NCBI GenBank assembly: GCA_964202905.1 | Contig: CAXNJO010000001.1 | Span: forward strand, 256,001-320,000 | DNA length: 64,000 nucleotides | Origin: Polyangiales bacterium | GTDB lineage: Bacteria; Myxococcota_A; Polyangia; Polyangiales; JADJQN01 | Reading direction: 5' to 3' | Part shown: piece by piece, positions 53,248 through 61,893 of the stretch | Layout of the letters: every line of letters starts with the position of its first letter | Position numbering within the stretch: position 1 is the first letter of the stretch | Notes under the pieces: model-generated | What the model was told of the DNA's origin: nothing | Databases searched by the model: none | What the model saw: only the letters and a program-made list of their open reading frames with translations | Position numbers and translations under genes: made by a program

Positions 53248-55218
53248 TCAGGTCTGGAGCAAGTGCAGGACCTCGCCCGGCACGGTCACGCCGGTGCCGA
53301 CGAGGATGCCCGCGTAGCGCGCGAGCTCGACCATCGCGCCCGTGGTGCGGGCCGTCTCGCGGAGCGCGGCCATGTCGGAGCCGGCCGAGATCGCGGCGCG
53401 CACGGCGTCGTTGACGAGCAGGATCTCGATGACCGCGACGCGACCCTTGAACCCCGTGTGGTTGCAGCGCGGGCAGCCGCGGCCGCGAGAGAGCGTGGGG
53501 CGCTCGTGCGCGAGGAACGCGCCGACCTTGTAGAGACGCTCGACGATGGGCGCGGGGTACTCGAACGGCTCGGTGCAGCTCGGGCAGCAGCGGCGCACGA
53601 GGCGCTGGTGGAGCACGCCGAGCAGCGCGTTCGACACCGCGTAGCGCTCGGCGCCGAGCTCCGTGAGACGCAGCACCGACTCGACGGCGCCGTTGGTGTG
53701 CAGCGAGGTGAGCACGAGGTGGCCCGTCATCGCGGCCTCGAGCGCCATCGCGGCCGTCTCGGCGTTGCGCGTCTCGCCGACGAGGATGACGTCCGGATCC
53801 TGCCGCAACAGCGCGCCGAGCACGGCGCCGAAGGTCGTGCCGACCTCCGCGTTGACCTGCACCTGCGTCACGCCGTCGAGGTGGTACTCGATCGGGTCCT
53901 CGACGCTGACGACGTTGATTTCCGGGCGCATGCGCGCGGCGAGCGCGGCGTAGAGCGTGGTCGTCTTGCCCGAGCCCGTCGGCCCGGTGACGAGCACGAG
54001 GCCGTTCGGGCGGAAGACCATGTCGCTGAAGTGCTGCCGGACCTTGTCCTGCAGGATCAGCTCCTTGAGGCTCGGGATGCCCGCCTCGGAGTCGAGGATG
54101 CGCAGCACGACCTTCTCGCCGAACTTCGTCGGCATCGTCGAGATGCGCAGATCGATGCCGCGTTTGCCCGCCTGCAGCGAGATGCGGCCGTCCTGCGGGC
54201 GGCGCGTCTCGGTGATGTCGAGCTTCGCGAGCAGCTTGAAGCGGCTCGTGAGCGGCCTGGCGAGCTCCTGCGGGATCGGCTGCGGACGCGGGCGCAGCGC
54301 GCCCTCGATGCGGTAGCGCACCGCGACGCCGCGACGCTCGCTCTCGATGTGGATGTCGGACGCACCGAGCGCGAGGCCGGTGCCGACGATCTCGTCGACG
54401 AGCGCGAGCACCTGCGGACCGCTCGGCTGCGTGAGCGCGGGGCGGCCTGCGCGCCCGTCGTCCTCCTCGAGGAAGGTGAGCTGCGGACGCGCCCCGGGCG
54501 GCACGACGGCCTCGGTGGAGACGGGGGCGGCCGTGCGCGCGGCGCGGAGCGGCGCGACGACGCGCTCGAGCTCCTGCGCGGAGACGGCGTGGAGCTTCAT
54601 GCGGAAGGAGGGAATCGCGGTGCGGAGCTCGTGCGCGGCCTGCGCGTCCGCGGGATCGACGAGCCCCACCGTGAGCGTCCGCCCGACCAGCGCGAGCGGC
54701 ACCGCGCGGGCGCGCGTCCAGACGGACTCGGGCGCGAGCGCCCAGAGGCGCGCGTCGAGGGATCGCGCGGCGAGGCTCGACCAGGGGATCTCGTTCTCCG
54801 CGGTCATCTTCGCGAGCCGGTCGGAGAGCACGCGCGCGACGCTCAGCGCAACGACAGGCGCCTGCTGCACGACCGCGTGGAAGAGCTCGCTCGCGAGTCG
54901 GTAGGCGACGACCGGCTCGAGCGCGACGCACGTCGCGGTGCGGGCCTCGCCGGTCACGAGCGCCATCTCGCCGAAGGACTCGGGCGCCTCGAGCTGCGCG
55001 ACGAGCTGCACGATGCCGAGCTTCGCGTCGCGGTGGTACACGCCGACGACGCCGGACTCGATCAGGAAGAGCGAGTCACCGGGCGCGCCCTGACGCACGA
55101 TCTCGGTCTGCGCAGGGATCTCGTGCCGCGTGAAATGCGGCGCGAGCTGCTCGACGTGCATCCGGTCGAGGCTGGAAAAGAGCGCGTTTTGTACGAGCAG
55201 TGCCGCAGGCGCCGCCAT
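53248..55218 (-). CDS. PilB/GspE-family secretion ATPase with N-terminal cNMP-binding domain
   Basis: cNMP domain (VRQGAPGDSLFLIESG...FGEMALVTGEARTAT); ASDIHIE, RRPQDGRI, Walker A GPTGSGKTTT, EDPIEY, LRQDPDVILVGETR, TGHLVLTSLH, Zn Cys pairs CPSC and CPRC. Confidence 0.92.
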   Translation of the reverse strand: MAAPAALLVQNALFSSLDRMHVEQLAPHFTRHEIPAQTEIVRQGAPGDSLFLIESGVVGVYHRDAKLGIVQLVAQLEAPESFGEMALVTGEARTATCVALEPVVAYRLASELFHAVVQQAPVVALSVARVLSDRLAKMTAENEIPWSSLAARSLDARLWALAPESVWTRARAVPLALVGRTLTVGLVDPADAQAAHELRTAIPSFRMKLHAVSAQELERVVAPLRAARTAAPVSTEAVVPPGARPQLTFLEEDDGRAGRPALTQPSGPQVLALVDEIVGTGLALGASDIHIESERRGVAVRYRIEGALRPRPQPIPQELARPLTSRFKLLAKLDITETRRPQDGRISLQAGKRGIDLRISTMPTKFGEKVVLRILDSEAGIPSLKELILQDKVRQHFSDMVFRPNGLVLVTGPTGSGKTTTLYAALAARMRPEINVVSVEDPIEYHLDGVTQVQVNAEVGTTFGAVLGALLRQDPDVILVGETRNAETAAMALEAAMTGHLVLTSLHTNGAVESVLRLTELGAERYAVSNALLGVLHQRLVRRCCPSCTEPFEYPAPIVERLYKVGAFLAHERPTLSRGRGCPRCNHTGFKGRVAVIEILLVNDAVRAAISAGSDMAALRETARTTGAMVELARYAGILVGTGVTVPGEVLHLLQT

Positions 55219-55312
55219 GGTATCCCCCGTGGAGCGAGGGACGGTACGCGAGCCGTGCTGCGCGATCAACGACGGCGGGGCGGCGGTCGAGGCGACGCGG
55301 ACGTGACGTTCC

Positions 55313-55341
55313 TTGACAGGCGCGCCGCGTCAACGTATCCA
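55313..55341 (+). promoter_or_regulatory. Sigma-70 promoter of tRNA-Leu
   Basis: TTGACA (55313-55318), 17-bp spacer, TATCCA (55336-55341). Confidence 0.65.
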
Positions 55342-55368
55342 ACGCGTCCGCTTCCACCCGGGAAGCAC

Positions 55369-55452
55369 GCGAAAGTGGCGGAACTGGCAGACGCGCTGGA
55401 TTCAGGTTCCAGTGGGGTAACTCCCGTGCAGGTTCAATTCCTGTCTTTCGCA
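55369..55452 (+). tRNA. tRNA-Leu (anticodon CAG); CCA not encoded
   Basis: Acceptor stem GCGAAAG/CTTTCGC; D arm GTGGCGGAACTGGCAGACGC; anticodon arm CTGGA-TTCAGGT-TCCAG; long variable arm; T arm GCAGG-TTCAATT-CCTGT. Confidence 0.95.
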
Positions 55453-55563
55453 CCCTGAAACGCCGTGACGCGCGAGGCCCCGCCAGCCTCCGCGCCGCCC
55501 GCGGCCCCCGAACGTTGGAGACGCCGCGCAGCGGCCTCATGTCGCAGACCGCGCGAGGCGCGG

Positions 55564-55675
55564 GCGTCGTGATGTGCATGCGTCGTGATGTGCACGCGTC
55601 GTGATGTGCATGCGTCGTGATGTGCATGCGTCGTGATGTGCACGCGTCGTGATGTGCACGCGTCGTGAGATGCAG
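55564..55675. repeat. 16-bp tandem repeat GCGTCGTGATGTGCA(T/C), 6 full copies plus 1 degenerate copy
   Basis: Units start at 55564, 55580, 55596, 55612, 55628, 55644 and 55660. The array is flanked by a near-identical 24-bp direct repeat GCAG(A/G)CCGCGCGAGGCGCGGGCGT (55544-55567, 55672-55695). Confidence 0.9.
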
Positions 55676-55823
55676 GCCGCGCGAGGCGCGGGCGTGCGCG
55701 TGACGCAGATTGCGCGGATGACGTGAATCGCATGCGGCGGGACGCGACTCCCGGCGCGACGCAGGGCCGCCCGCGATCACGCGCATTGCCACGGCGCGCG
55801 GCGCGGGGGATCTTCGCGCCGGC

Positions 55824-57002
55824 ATGACGGAGGCGCGCACCGAACGGGCGGAAGGAGACGGCTCCCCGCGGCGGCTCCCGCTGCTCGCAGCCGACACCAT
55901 GCGCCGCGATGGTATGGATTCGGGCGGAGCGGCGGCGGACGACGCGCGGCGGACGTTGGACGCGGCGGGCGCGGGGAGTGCGCGGCCCTCGTGGTTCGAC
56001 GCGATCCCGCCGCGCATCGAGGACGCGCGCGGCCGCGCGATCGACTACCTGCGCGTGTCGGTCACCGATCGCTGCGACCTCGCGTGCGTCTACTGCATGC
56101 CGCCGGGGGGCGAGGACGACCACGCGCGGCGCACGGACCTGCTCACGTTCGAGGAGCTCACGCGGATCGTCGGGCTCTTCGGGCGCTCGGGCGTGCGGCG
56201 CGTGCGGCTCACGGGGGGCGAGCCGCTCGTGCGGCGCGACGTCGTGCGGCTCGTCGCGGGGCTCACCGCCGCACACCCCGGGCTCGCGCTCGCGATGACG
56301 ACGAACGGCACGCGACTCGCCGACCTCGCCGCGCCGCTGCGCGACGCGGGCCTGCGCTCGGTCAACGTCTCGATCGACGCGCTCGACCCCGCGCTCTTCC
56401 GCGCGATCACGCGCGGCGGCGAGGTCGCCGACGTGCTCGCGGGGATCTGCGCCGCGCGCGACGCGGGGCTCGAGGTGAAGCTCAACACCGTGCTGCTCGG
56501 CGGCGTGAACGACGCGGAGCTCGCGCGGATCGTGGCGCTCGCGTGGTCGCTCGGGGCCGTGCCGCGCTTCATCGAGCTGATGCCGCTCGGCGAAGGCGCG
56601 CGGCTGCCGCAGGCCACGTTCGTACCCGCCGCGCAGGCCCTCGCGCCGATCGCGCACCTGCTCGCGGACGACGCGGCGCCCGCGGGCGCGGCGCACGGCC
56701 CCGCGCGCTATCGCCGCGCGGCGGATGGCTCGGGCCGTCGCGTCGGCGTGATCACGGCGGTCTCGGACGAGTTCTGCGGCACGTGCAACCGCCTGCGCCT
56801 CACGGCCCGGGGCGACCTGCGCGCCTGCCTCGCGGCGCCGGACGGTCTGGCGCTGCGCACGCTGCTGCGCGCGGGCGCGAGTGACCTCGACCTCGCGTGG
56901 CACGTGCACGCGGCGCTCGGCACCAAGTCCGCCGGGCACGGCTTCCTCGACGCGACGCGGGACGCGCACACCCGCGTCGGCATGAGCCTCGTCGGAGGCT
57001 GA
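55824..57002 (+). CDS. moaA: GTP 3',8-cyclase MoaA (start uncertain)
   Basis: YLRVSVTDRCDLACVYCMP (radical SAM), RLTGGEPL, RFIELMP, FCGTCNRLRLT..G.LRACL, C-terminal MSLVGG. Confidence 0.95.
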   Translation: MTEARTERAEGDGSPRRLPLLAADTMRRDGMDSGGAAADDARRTLDAAGAGSARPSWFDAIPPRIEDARGRAIDYLRVSVTDRCDLACVYCMPPGGEDDHARRTDLLTFEELTRIVGLFGRSGVRRVRLTGGEPLVRRDVVRLVAGLTAAHPGLALAMTTNGTRLADLAAPLRDAGLRSVNVSIDALDPALFRAITRGGEVADVLAGICAARDAGLEVKLNTVLLGGVNDAELARIVALAWSLGAVPRFIELMPLGEGARLPQATFVPAAQALAPIAHLLADDAAPAGAAHGPARYRRAADGSGRRVGVITAVSDEFCGTCNRLRLTARGDLRACLAAPDGLALRTLLRAGASDLDLAWHVHAALGTKSAGHGFLDATRDAHTRVGMSLVGG

Positions 57003-57096
57003 GCGCGCAGGGCCGCACCGCAGACGACGCGATGGGACGGGACGGGACGCGAGGATTGTCCATCGGGCCCGGCGCGCCGCGCGTTACGCTGCCGCC

Positions 57097-57693
57097 ATGC
57101 ACCGCATCACCCTCGGGCTCGTCGCGCTCGCCTCGGGCTGCGCGCCGGCCTCGGTCGAGCCGCACTCCCCCGTCGAACCGCAGCCGACGCGCGCCCCGCT
57201 CGTGGCGCAGGCGACCGGACCCAGCCGCGAAGCGCTCGCGCGGACGCTCTCGGAGGCGAGCCGCGACGCGGTCGCGCGGTCCCCGATCACGCCGCTCTTC
57301 TTCGGCACCGCGCGCGACGCGGGCGGCGCGACGATCACCGCAGGCCCCCATTTCTATGCGGTTTCGCTGCAGCGCGAGGGGCACTCGCTCGCGCTGCACG
57401 GCGTCGACGTCGTGCACGCCGAGCCGGGCGAGGACACGCCCACGGAGGCGCACGGGGACACGGCCGCCAACGCCGCGGACGACGCGCACGAAGGGGCGCG
57501 CACGGCCGTCCGCGGACGACCCGCGACGATCCTCGTGAACGAGGGGATCCGCTCGGTCGCGTGGGAAGAGGATGGCGCGTACTGGTCGCTCGAGGTCGAG
57601 TGCTTCCGGGCCTTCGAGGACGCGCGCTGCACCGGGGACGGCTACGTCCTCGCCGAGGCCGCCGCGCTCGTGTCGTTGCGGGGGGCGCGATGA
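57097..57693 (+). CDS. Hypothetical lipoprotein coupled to the M23 peptidase gene
   Basis: Lipobox LASG-C; C-terminal WEEDGAYWSLEVEC...DARC; ATGA overlap with the next gene. Confidence 0.7.
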   Translation: MHRITLGLVALASGCAPASVEPHSPVEPQPTRAPLVAQATGPSREALARTLSEASRDAVARSPITPLFFGTARDAGGATITAGPHFYAVSLQREGHSLALHGVDVVHAEPGEDTPTEAHGDTAANAADDAHEGARTAVRGRPATILVNEGIRSVAWEEDGAYWSLEVECFRAFEDARCTGDGYVLAEAAALVSLRGAR

Positions 57694-59390
57694 CGGCCCG
57701 CGCGTGGAGGCACGCACGCGGCGCGCTCGTCGCGGCGCTGGCGATCGGCGCGCTCACGTCCGGGGCGGCGCGGGCACGCGCGCAGTTCACGTACCGGCCC
57801 GCGGGCGAGCTCGTGGCGGGGAGCGGGCGCGGACGCGTGGACGGCACCGTCTACGCGCCGGGCATCCGCTTCCCGATCGAGGACGCGCCCGCCTACCTCA
57901 ACTCGCAGGTGTGGGGCGTCGGCGGCTCCGCAGGAAGGCCCGGATCGCAGTGCGACGCGGCCAACCGCAGCTACCCCTGGCATGACAATTACTGCGAATC
58001 GCGCAGCTGGAGCATGCCGATGTGCCCTTCGGGCGTGGGCCACCAGGGGCAGGACATCCGCGCCGCGACGTGCGCGGATCGCACGCACTACGCGGTCGCG
58101 ACCGTCGCCGGCACGATCACGCACATCGGCAGCTACTCCGTCTATCTCACGGGCGACGACGGCCGCCGCTACGACTACCTGCACCTGCGCGACCTCGTCG
58201 TGCGCGTGGGGTCGCCCGTCGCGAAGGGCGCGCGCATCGGCCGCGTCTCGAACAACTTCGGCAGCACGGCGACGACCCTGCACCTGCACTTGAACCTGCG
58301 CATGACGGTGAGCGGCTACGGCACCGTCTACGCGCCGCCGTACATGTCGCTCGTGCGCGCGTACGAGTCGCTGCTCGGCGTCGCGTCGTGCACGCCGCGC
58401 TGCGAGGGCGCCGTGATCGTCGGCGCCGACTGCGGCCGCGGAAACTGCGCGGCCTACGGCGCGACGTGCACGACCGACTCGCTCGGCACGCGCTGCGTGT
58501 ACGCCGCGTGCCCGCCGCGCGGGACCGCCGACGTCTGCCTCGACGCAGACACCTCGGCGCACTGCGTGGAGGGCCTCCCCACGGACATCGGCGAGTGCGG
58601 TGCGTTCGCGGCGTACTGCTCGACGGCCGGGCGCACGGCGACGACCGCGCGCTGCGTGTCCGCCTTCTGCGTCGCGTCCCCCGAGGAGACGCCCGTCGCC
58701 CACGACGGCTGCTGGATCGAGGGCGGCCAGCTCGCGCACTGCGACGCGCAGGGCGCCATCGCGCTCGAGCCCTGCCCGGCCGGGCAGGCCTGCACCACCA
58801 TTCCGGATGGCATCCGTGACACGCCCCACTGCGCGCCCGCCGTCTGCCCGCCGACCGGCGACGTGACGCAATGCGTCGAAGGGCGCTACATCGCGCGCTG
58901 CTTCGGCGGGTCGGTGATCAGCGCGGGCGACTGCGGTGCGTTCGCCGCGTACTGCTCGACCGTCTCGGCCGCCGGCCCGGTGGCGCCGCGCTGCGTGTCG
59001 GCCTTCTGCGTGGGCTCGGCGGGCGAGCCGCCGCGGGAGCGCGAGACGTGCCTCCCCGACGGGACGATCGCGCACTGCACGGCGGAAGGCGGCATCGCCG
59101 ACGAGACCGAGTGCCCCACGGGCACGGCGTGCGTGGCGCGCGACGGAAGCGCGGCGTGCGAGGCCAGCGCCGATCTCGGCACCGCGTCGCGCGACGCGGG
59201 CGCGGGGTCGGACGCGGGCGGCGTGCGCGGCGGCAGCGGCGGACCGAAGGCCATCGAGGCGGGCTGCGGATGCCACGCGGGCACGGGCCGCGGCGCGCAG
59301 GGGCTCGGGTTCGCGGCGCTCGCGCTGATCGCGGGCCTCGCCACGCGGCGACGTCGCGGGGCGCGCGCGGATCGCGCCCGCGCACGCTGA
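57690..59390 (+). CDS. M23-family metallopeptidase with Cys-rich repeats and MYXO-CTERM
   Basis: Signal peptide; HQGQD and HLH Zn motifs, YLHL; duplicated CGAFAAYCST...RCVSAFCV; C-terminal AGCGCHAG...LALIAGLATRRRR. Confidence 0.85.
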   Translation: MTARAWRHARGALVAALAIGALTSGAARARAQFTYRPAGELVAGSGRGRVDGTVYAPGIRFPIEDAPAYLNSQVWGVGGSAGRPGSQCDAANRSYPWHDNYCESRSWSMPMCPSGVGHQGQDIRAATCADRTHYAVATVAGTITHIGSYSVYLTGDDGRRYDYLHLRDLVVRVGSPVAKGARIGRVSNNFGSTATTLHLHLNLRMTVSGYGTVYAPPYMSLVRAYESLLGVASCTPRCEGAVIVGADCGRGNCAAYGATCTTDSLGTRCVYAACPPRGTADVCLDADTSAHCVEGLPTDIGECGAFAAYCSTAGRTATTARCVSAFCVASPEETPVAHDGCWIEGGQLAHCDAQGAIALEPCPAGQACTTIPDGIRDTPHCAPAVCPPTGDVTQCVEGRYIARCFGGSVISAGDCGAFAAYCSTVSAAGPVAPRCVSAFCVGSAGEPPRERETCLPDGTIAHCTAEGGIADETECPTGTACVARDGSAACEASADLGTASRDAGAGSDAGGVRGGSGGPKAIEAGCGCHAGTGRGAQGLGFAALALIAGLATRRRRGARADRARAR

Positions 59391-59463
59391 TCGCGCGGCG
59401 AAGCGGGCCTCGCGGCGCTGCCACATCGCGGGGCGCGCGCGGACCAAGACGCAGCGCGCAGCG

Positions 59464-60699
59464 TCAGGGCAGGCGGCAGGCCGCGGGCGAGGCCGTGTAG
59501 GCGCCGCCCGCGTCCGCGCAGATCTCGGCCTCCGTGCGCACGACGCTCCACAGCTTCACCTCGTCGAGGAAGCCGGAGAGCGTCTGCACGCAGCAGTCGG
59601 GGCGGCGCCCGAGCGCGACGCGGGCGGTGCCGTCGACGAGCGGGCCGGGCGCGGGGTGCGCCGTGCCGGTGCCCACCTGCGCGCCGCCGAGGTACGTGCG
59701 GAGCGTCGTGCCGTCCCAGCTCAGCGCGAGGTGCTGCCAGGCGCGGACGGCGAGCGGCGCGCCGGGTGCGTCGCGCAGCCAGCCATCCTCGACGCCGCCG
59801 ACGCCGGCCGCCGTGCGCACGTACGAGACCACGTTGCACGCGGGGTCGAAGCCGAGGAGGAACTCGCCTTCCTTGCCGACGGCGACGTTGAAGCCGTCGA
59901 AGCCGGGCACCGCGCGCGTGCAGTTGTCCACGCGGACCCACGCCTCCGCGGTGAACGCGCTCCCGAAGGCGAGCGAGGCGCTGTCGGGGACGTCGGCGCC
60001 CGTCTCGCCGAAGCCGTCGAGACCGAGCGCGAGCCCGCGGCGGCCGGGCACGCCGTACACGACGCGCGACGTCGCCGTCGCGGCGTTGCCGTTGCCGCTC
60101 GTGTCGCGGAGCGCGCCCGCGCGCTCGTCGAGGCGCCACCAGGCCGCGAGACCGCCCGCGCACTCGGGCTCGTCGACGGTGCCGTTGCAGTCGTTGTCGG
60201 CGCCGTCGCAGACCTCGTCGGGGGGCGTGCTCGGCGTGCACAGGTAGGTGCACGCGCCCGCGACGCAGTCGAAGCGCGCGGGGCACGCGGTGTCGCAGCC
60301 GCCGCAATGATCCGCATCGGTCGCCGGGTCTACGCATGCGGCGCCGCAGAGGCGCTCGCCGTCGGCGCAGACCGGCGTGCAGCGGCCCGCGTTGCACGTC
60401 TCGGCCGCGTCGCACGCGTTGCCGCACGCCCCGCAGTGGTAGCGATCCGTCCGCGGATCGACGCAGCCGCCGGCGCACGGCAGGGCCGGCGCCGCACAGC
60501 CGCCGCCGTCCGCCGCGACGTCGGGCACGCAGCGCGCGTCGACGCAGCGCTCGCCGTCCGCGCAGTCGACGGCCGCGCGGCACCCGCCGGGACGCGCGGG
60601 CGCGTCGTCGTCCCCGCAGCCCGCGAGCACCGCGGCGAGCGAAGCCGCCAGCAAGAACACGACGCGCGCGGCGCGACGCCGGGGATCGATGCGGCTCAT
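59464..60699 (-). CDS. LamG/concanavalin A-like domain lipoprotein with Cys-rich repeats
   Basis: Lipobox LAG-C GDDD; CVD..TD..HCG.C...C repeats; one MopE-type repeat; AWWRLDE, FTAEAWVR, WQHLALSWDG, GFLDEVKLW. Confidence 0.85.
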   Translation of the reverse strand: MSRIDPRRRAARVVFLLAASLAAVLAGCGDDDAPARPGGCRAAVDCADGERCVDARCVPDVAADGGGCAAPALPCAGGCVDPRTDRYHCGACGNACDAAETCNAGRCTPVCADGERLCGAACVDPATDADHCGGCDTACPARFDCVAGACTYLCTPSTPPDEVCDGADNDCNGTVDEPECAGGLAAWWRLDERAGALRDTSGNGNAATATSRVVYGVPGRRGLALGLDGFGETGADVPDSASLAFGSAFTAEAWVRVDNCTRAVPGFDGFNVAVGKEGEFLLGFDPACNVVSYVRTAAGVGGVEDGWLRDAPGAPLAVRAWQHLALSWDGTTLRTYLGGAQVGTGTAHPAPGPLVDGTARVALGRRPDCCVQTLSGFLDEVKLWSVVRTEAEICADAGGAYTASPAACRLP

Positions 60700-60797
60700 C
60701 GGGGCACCGTAGCGTCGCGTCGCGGACCCTGTAAAGCAGGGCGCGCCGCGCCCGCAGGCATTGCCGGCGCCGATCCGCGATGCGATCCTGTGTGCCG

Positions 60798-61673
60798 ATG
60801 TCCACTCTCCTCGAGCGCGCGGTGCGGAAGTCCCTCGAGGTGCGCCGCGGCTTCCGCCGCGAGCGTGTCTCCACCTCGCTCGGCGACGTGCACGTGCTGC
60901 ACGGCCCGCGCACCGAAGGTCCGACGCTCGTCATCGTGCATGGGCTGAGCGCGTCGGGGATCTCGTATGCGCCGATGCTGCCGCACCTGCTCGGGCGCGT
61001 GGGGCGCATCGTGCTGCCCGACCTCCCCGGGCACGGCTTCTCCGATCGCTCCGAGGCGCTCGACGCCGCGGCGATGCACGGCGGGCTCACCGAGGCGCTC
61101 GACCGCGTGCTCGATGAACCGTCGTTCATCGTCGGCAACTCGCTCGGCGGCTTCGTCGCGACGCGCTATGCGCTAGCGCGGCCGGAGCGCGTGCGCGGCC
61201 TCGTGCTGCTCTCGCCGGCGGGCGCGCCCTCGACGCAGTCGGAGATCGACGAGGTGCGCCGGATCTTCGCGGTGCGCGGGCACCGCGAGGCGCTCGACTT
61301 CCTCGATCGCCTGCTGATCCGACCCGATCCGCGGCTACGCCACCTCTTCGCGCTCGCCCTGCGGCGGCGGCTCGCGGACCCGCTCATCCACAAGCTCCTG
61401 CACAGCGTGGAGGTCGGCTACGGCATCGAGCCGCACGAGCTCGGCGCGCTCGCGCCGCCGACCCTCTTCGTGTGGGGCACGCACGACCGCATCCTCCCCG
61501 AGCGCCACCGCGAGTACTACCGCGCGCACCTGCCCGCCCACGCGCGCATCGAGACGCCCGACCACTTCGGTCACTCGCCGCACCTCGACAGCCCGCGCCG
61601 CACCGCCGCGCGCATCCTCTCGTTCATCGACGAGGTCGTCGGCACCGAGCCGCGCGCCGCGCACGCGTCGTGA
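60798..61673 (+). CDS. Alpha/beta fold hydrolase
   Basis: VHGL, PDLPGHGFS, nucleophile motif GNSLGG, WGTHDRIL, FGHSPH. Confidence 0.9.
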   Translation: MSTLLERAVRKSLEVRRGFRRERVSTSLGDVHVLHGPRTEGPTLVIVHGLSASGISYAPMLPHLLGRVGRIVLPDLPGHGFSDRSEALDAAAMHGGLTEALDRVLDEPSFIVGNSLGGFVATRYALARPERVRGLVLLSPAGAPSTQSEIDEVRRIFAVRGHREALDFLDRLLIRPDPRLRHLFALALRRRLADPLIHKLLHSVEVGYGIEPHELGALAPPTLFVWGTHDRILPERHREYYRAHLPAHARIETPDHFGHSPHLDSPRRTAARILSFIDEVVGTEPRAAHAS

Positions 61674-61885
61674 GCGCGACGCGCGAGGCATCGGGCGGCG
61701 TGAGCGGGCGCAAGCTCGTGGGCGGCTTCCTCGCCGTGCTCGCGCTCTGCCTCGTCGCGTACGGCTTCCAGCGCTACCGCGTGCTCGCGGAGCGCGACGC
61801 GGCGCGCGCGCGGGAGGCGGCGCGGCGGGGTCGCGGCGCCGCGGTCGACACGCACGCCGCGCCGCCCGCCGGCGACCGGCGCTGA
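61670..61885 (+). CDS. Small membrane protein
   Basis: GTGA overlap with the hydrolase stop; TM segment LVGGFLAVLALCLVAYGF. Confidence 0.5.
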   Translation: MSATREASGGVSGRKLVGGFLAVLALCLVAYGFQRYRVLAERDAARAREAARRGRGAAVDTHAAPPAGDRR

Positions 61886-61893
61886 ATGGCGGT

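Noticed and set aside
55564..55675. Tandem array as a CRISPR
   Set aside because: The units are contiguous 16-mers with no unique spacers, and there are no cas genes in the window.
55369..55700. tRNA-Leu as the attachment site of an integrated element
   Set aside because: No integrase was seen, no duplicated tRNA 3' end was noticed in the window, and the next gene is housekeeping moaA.
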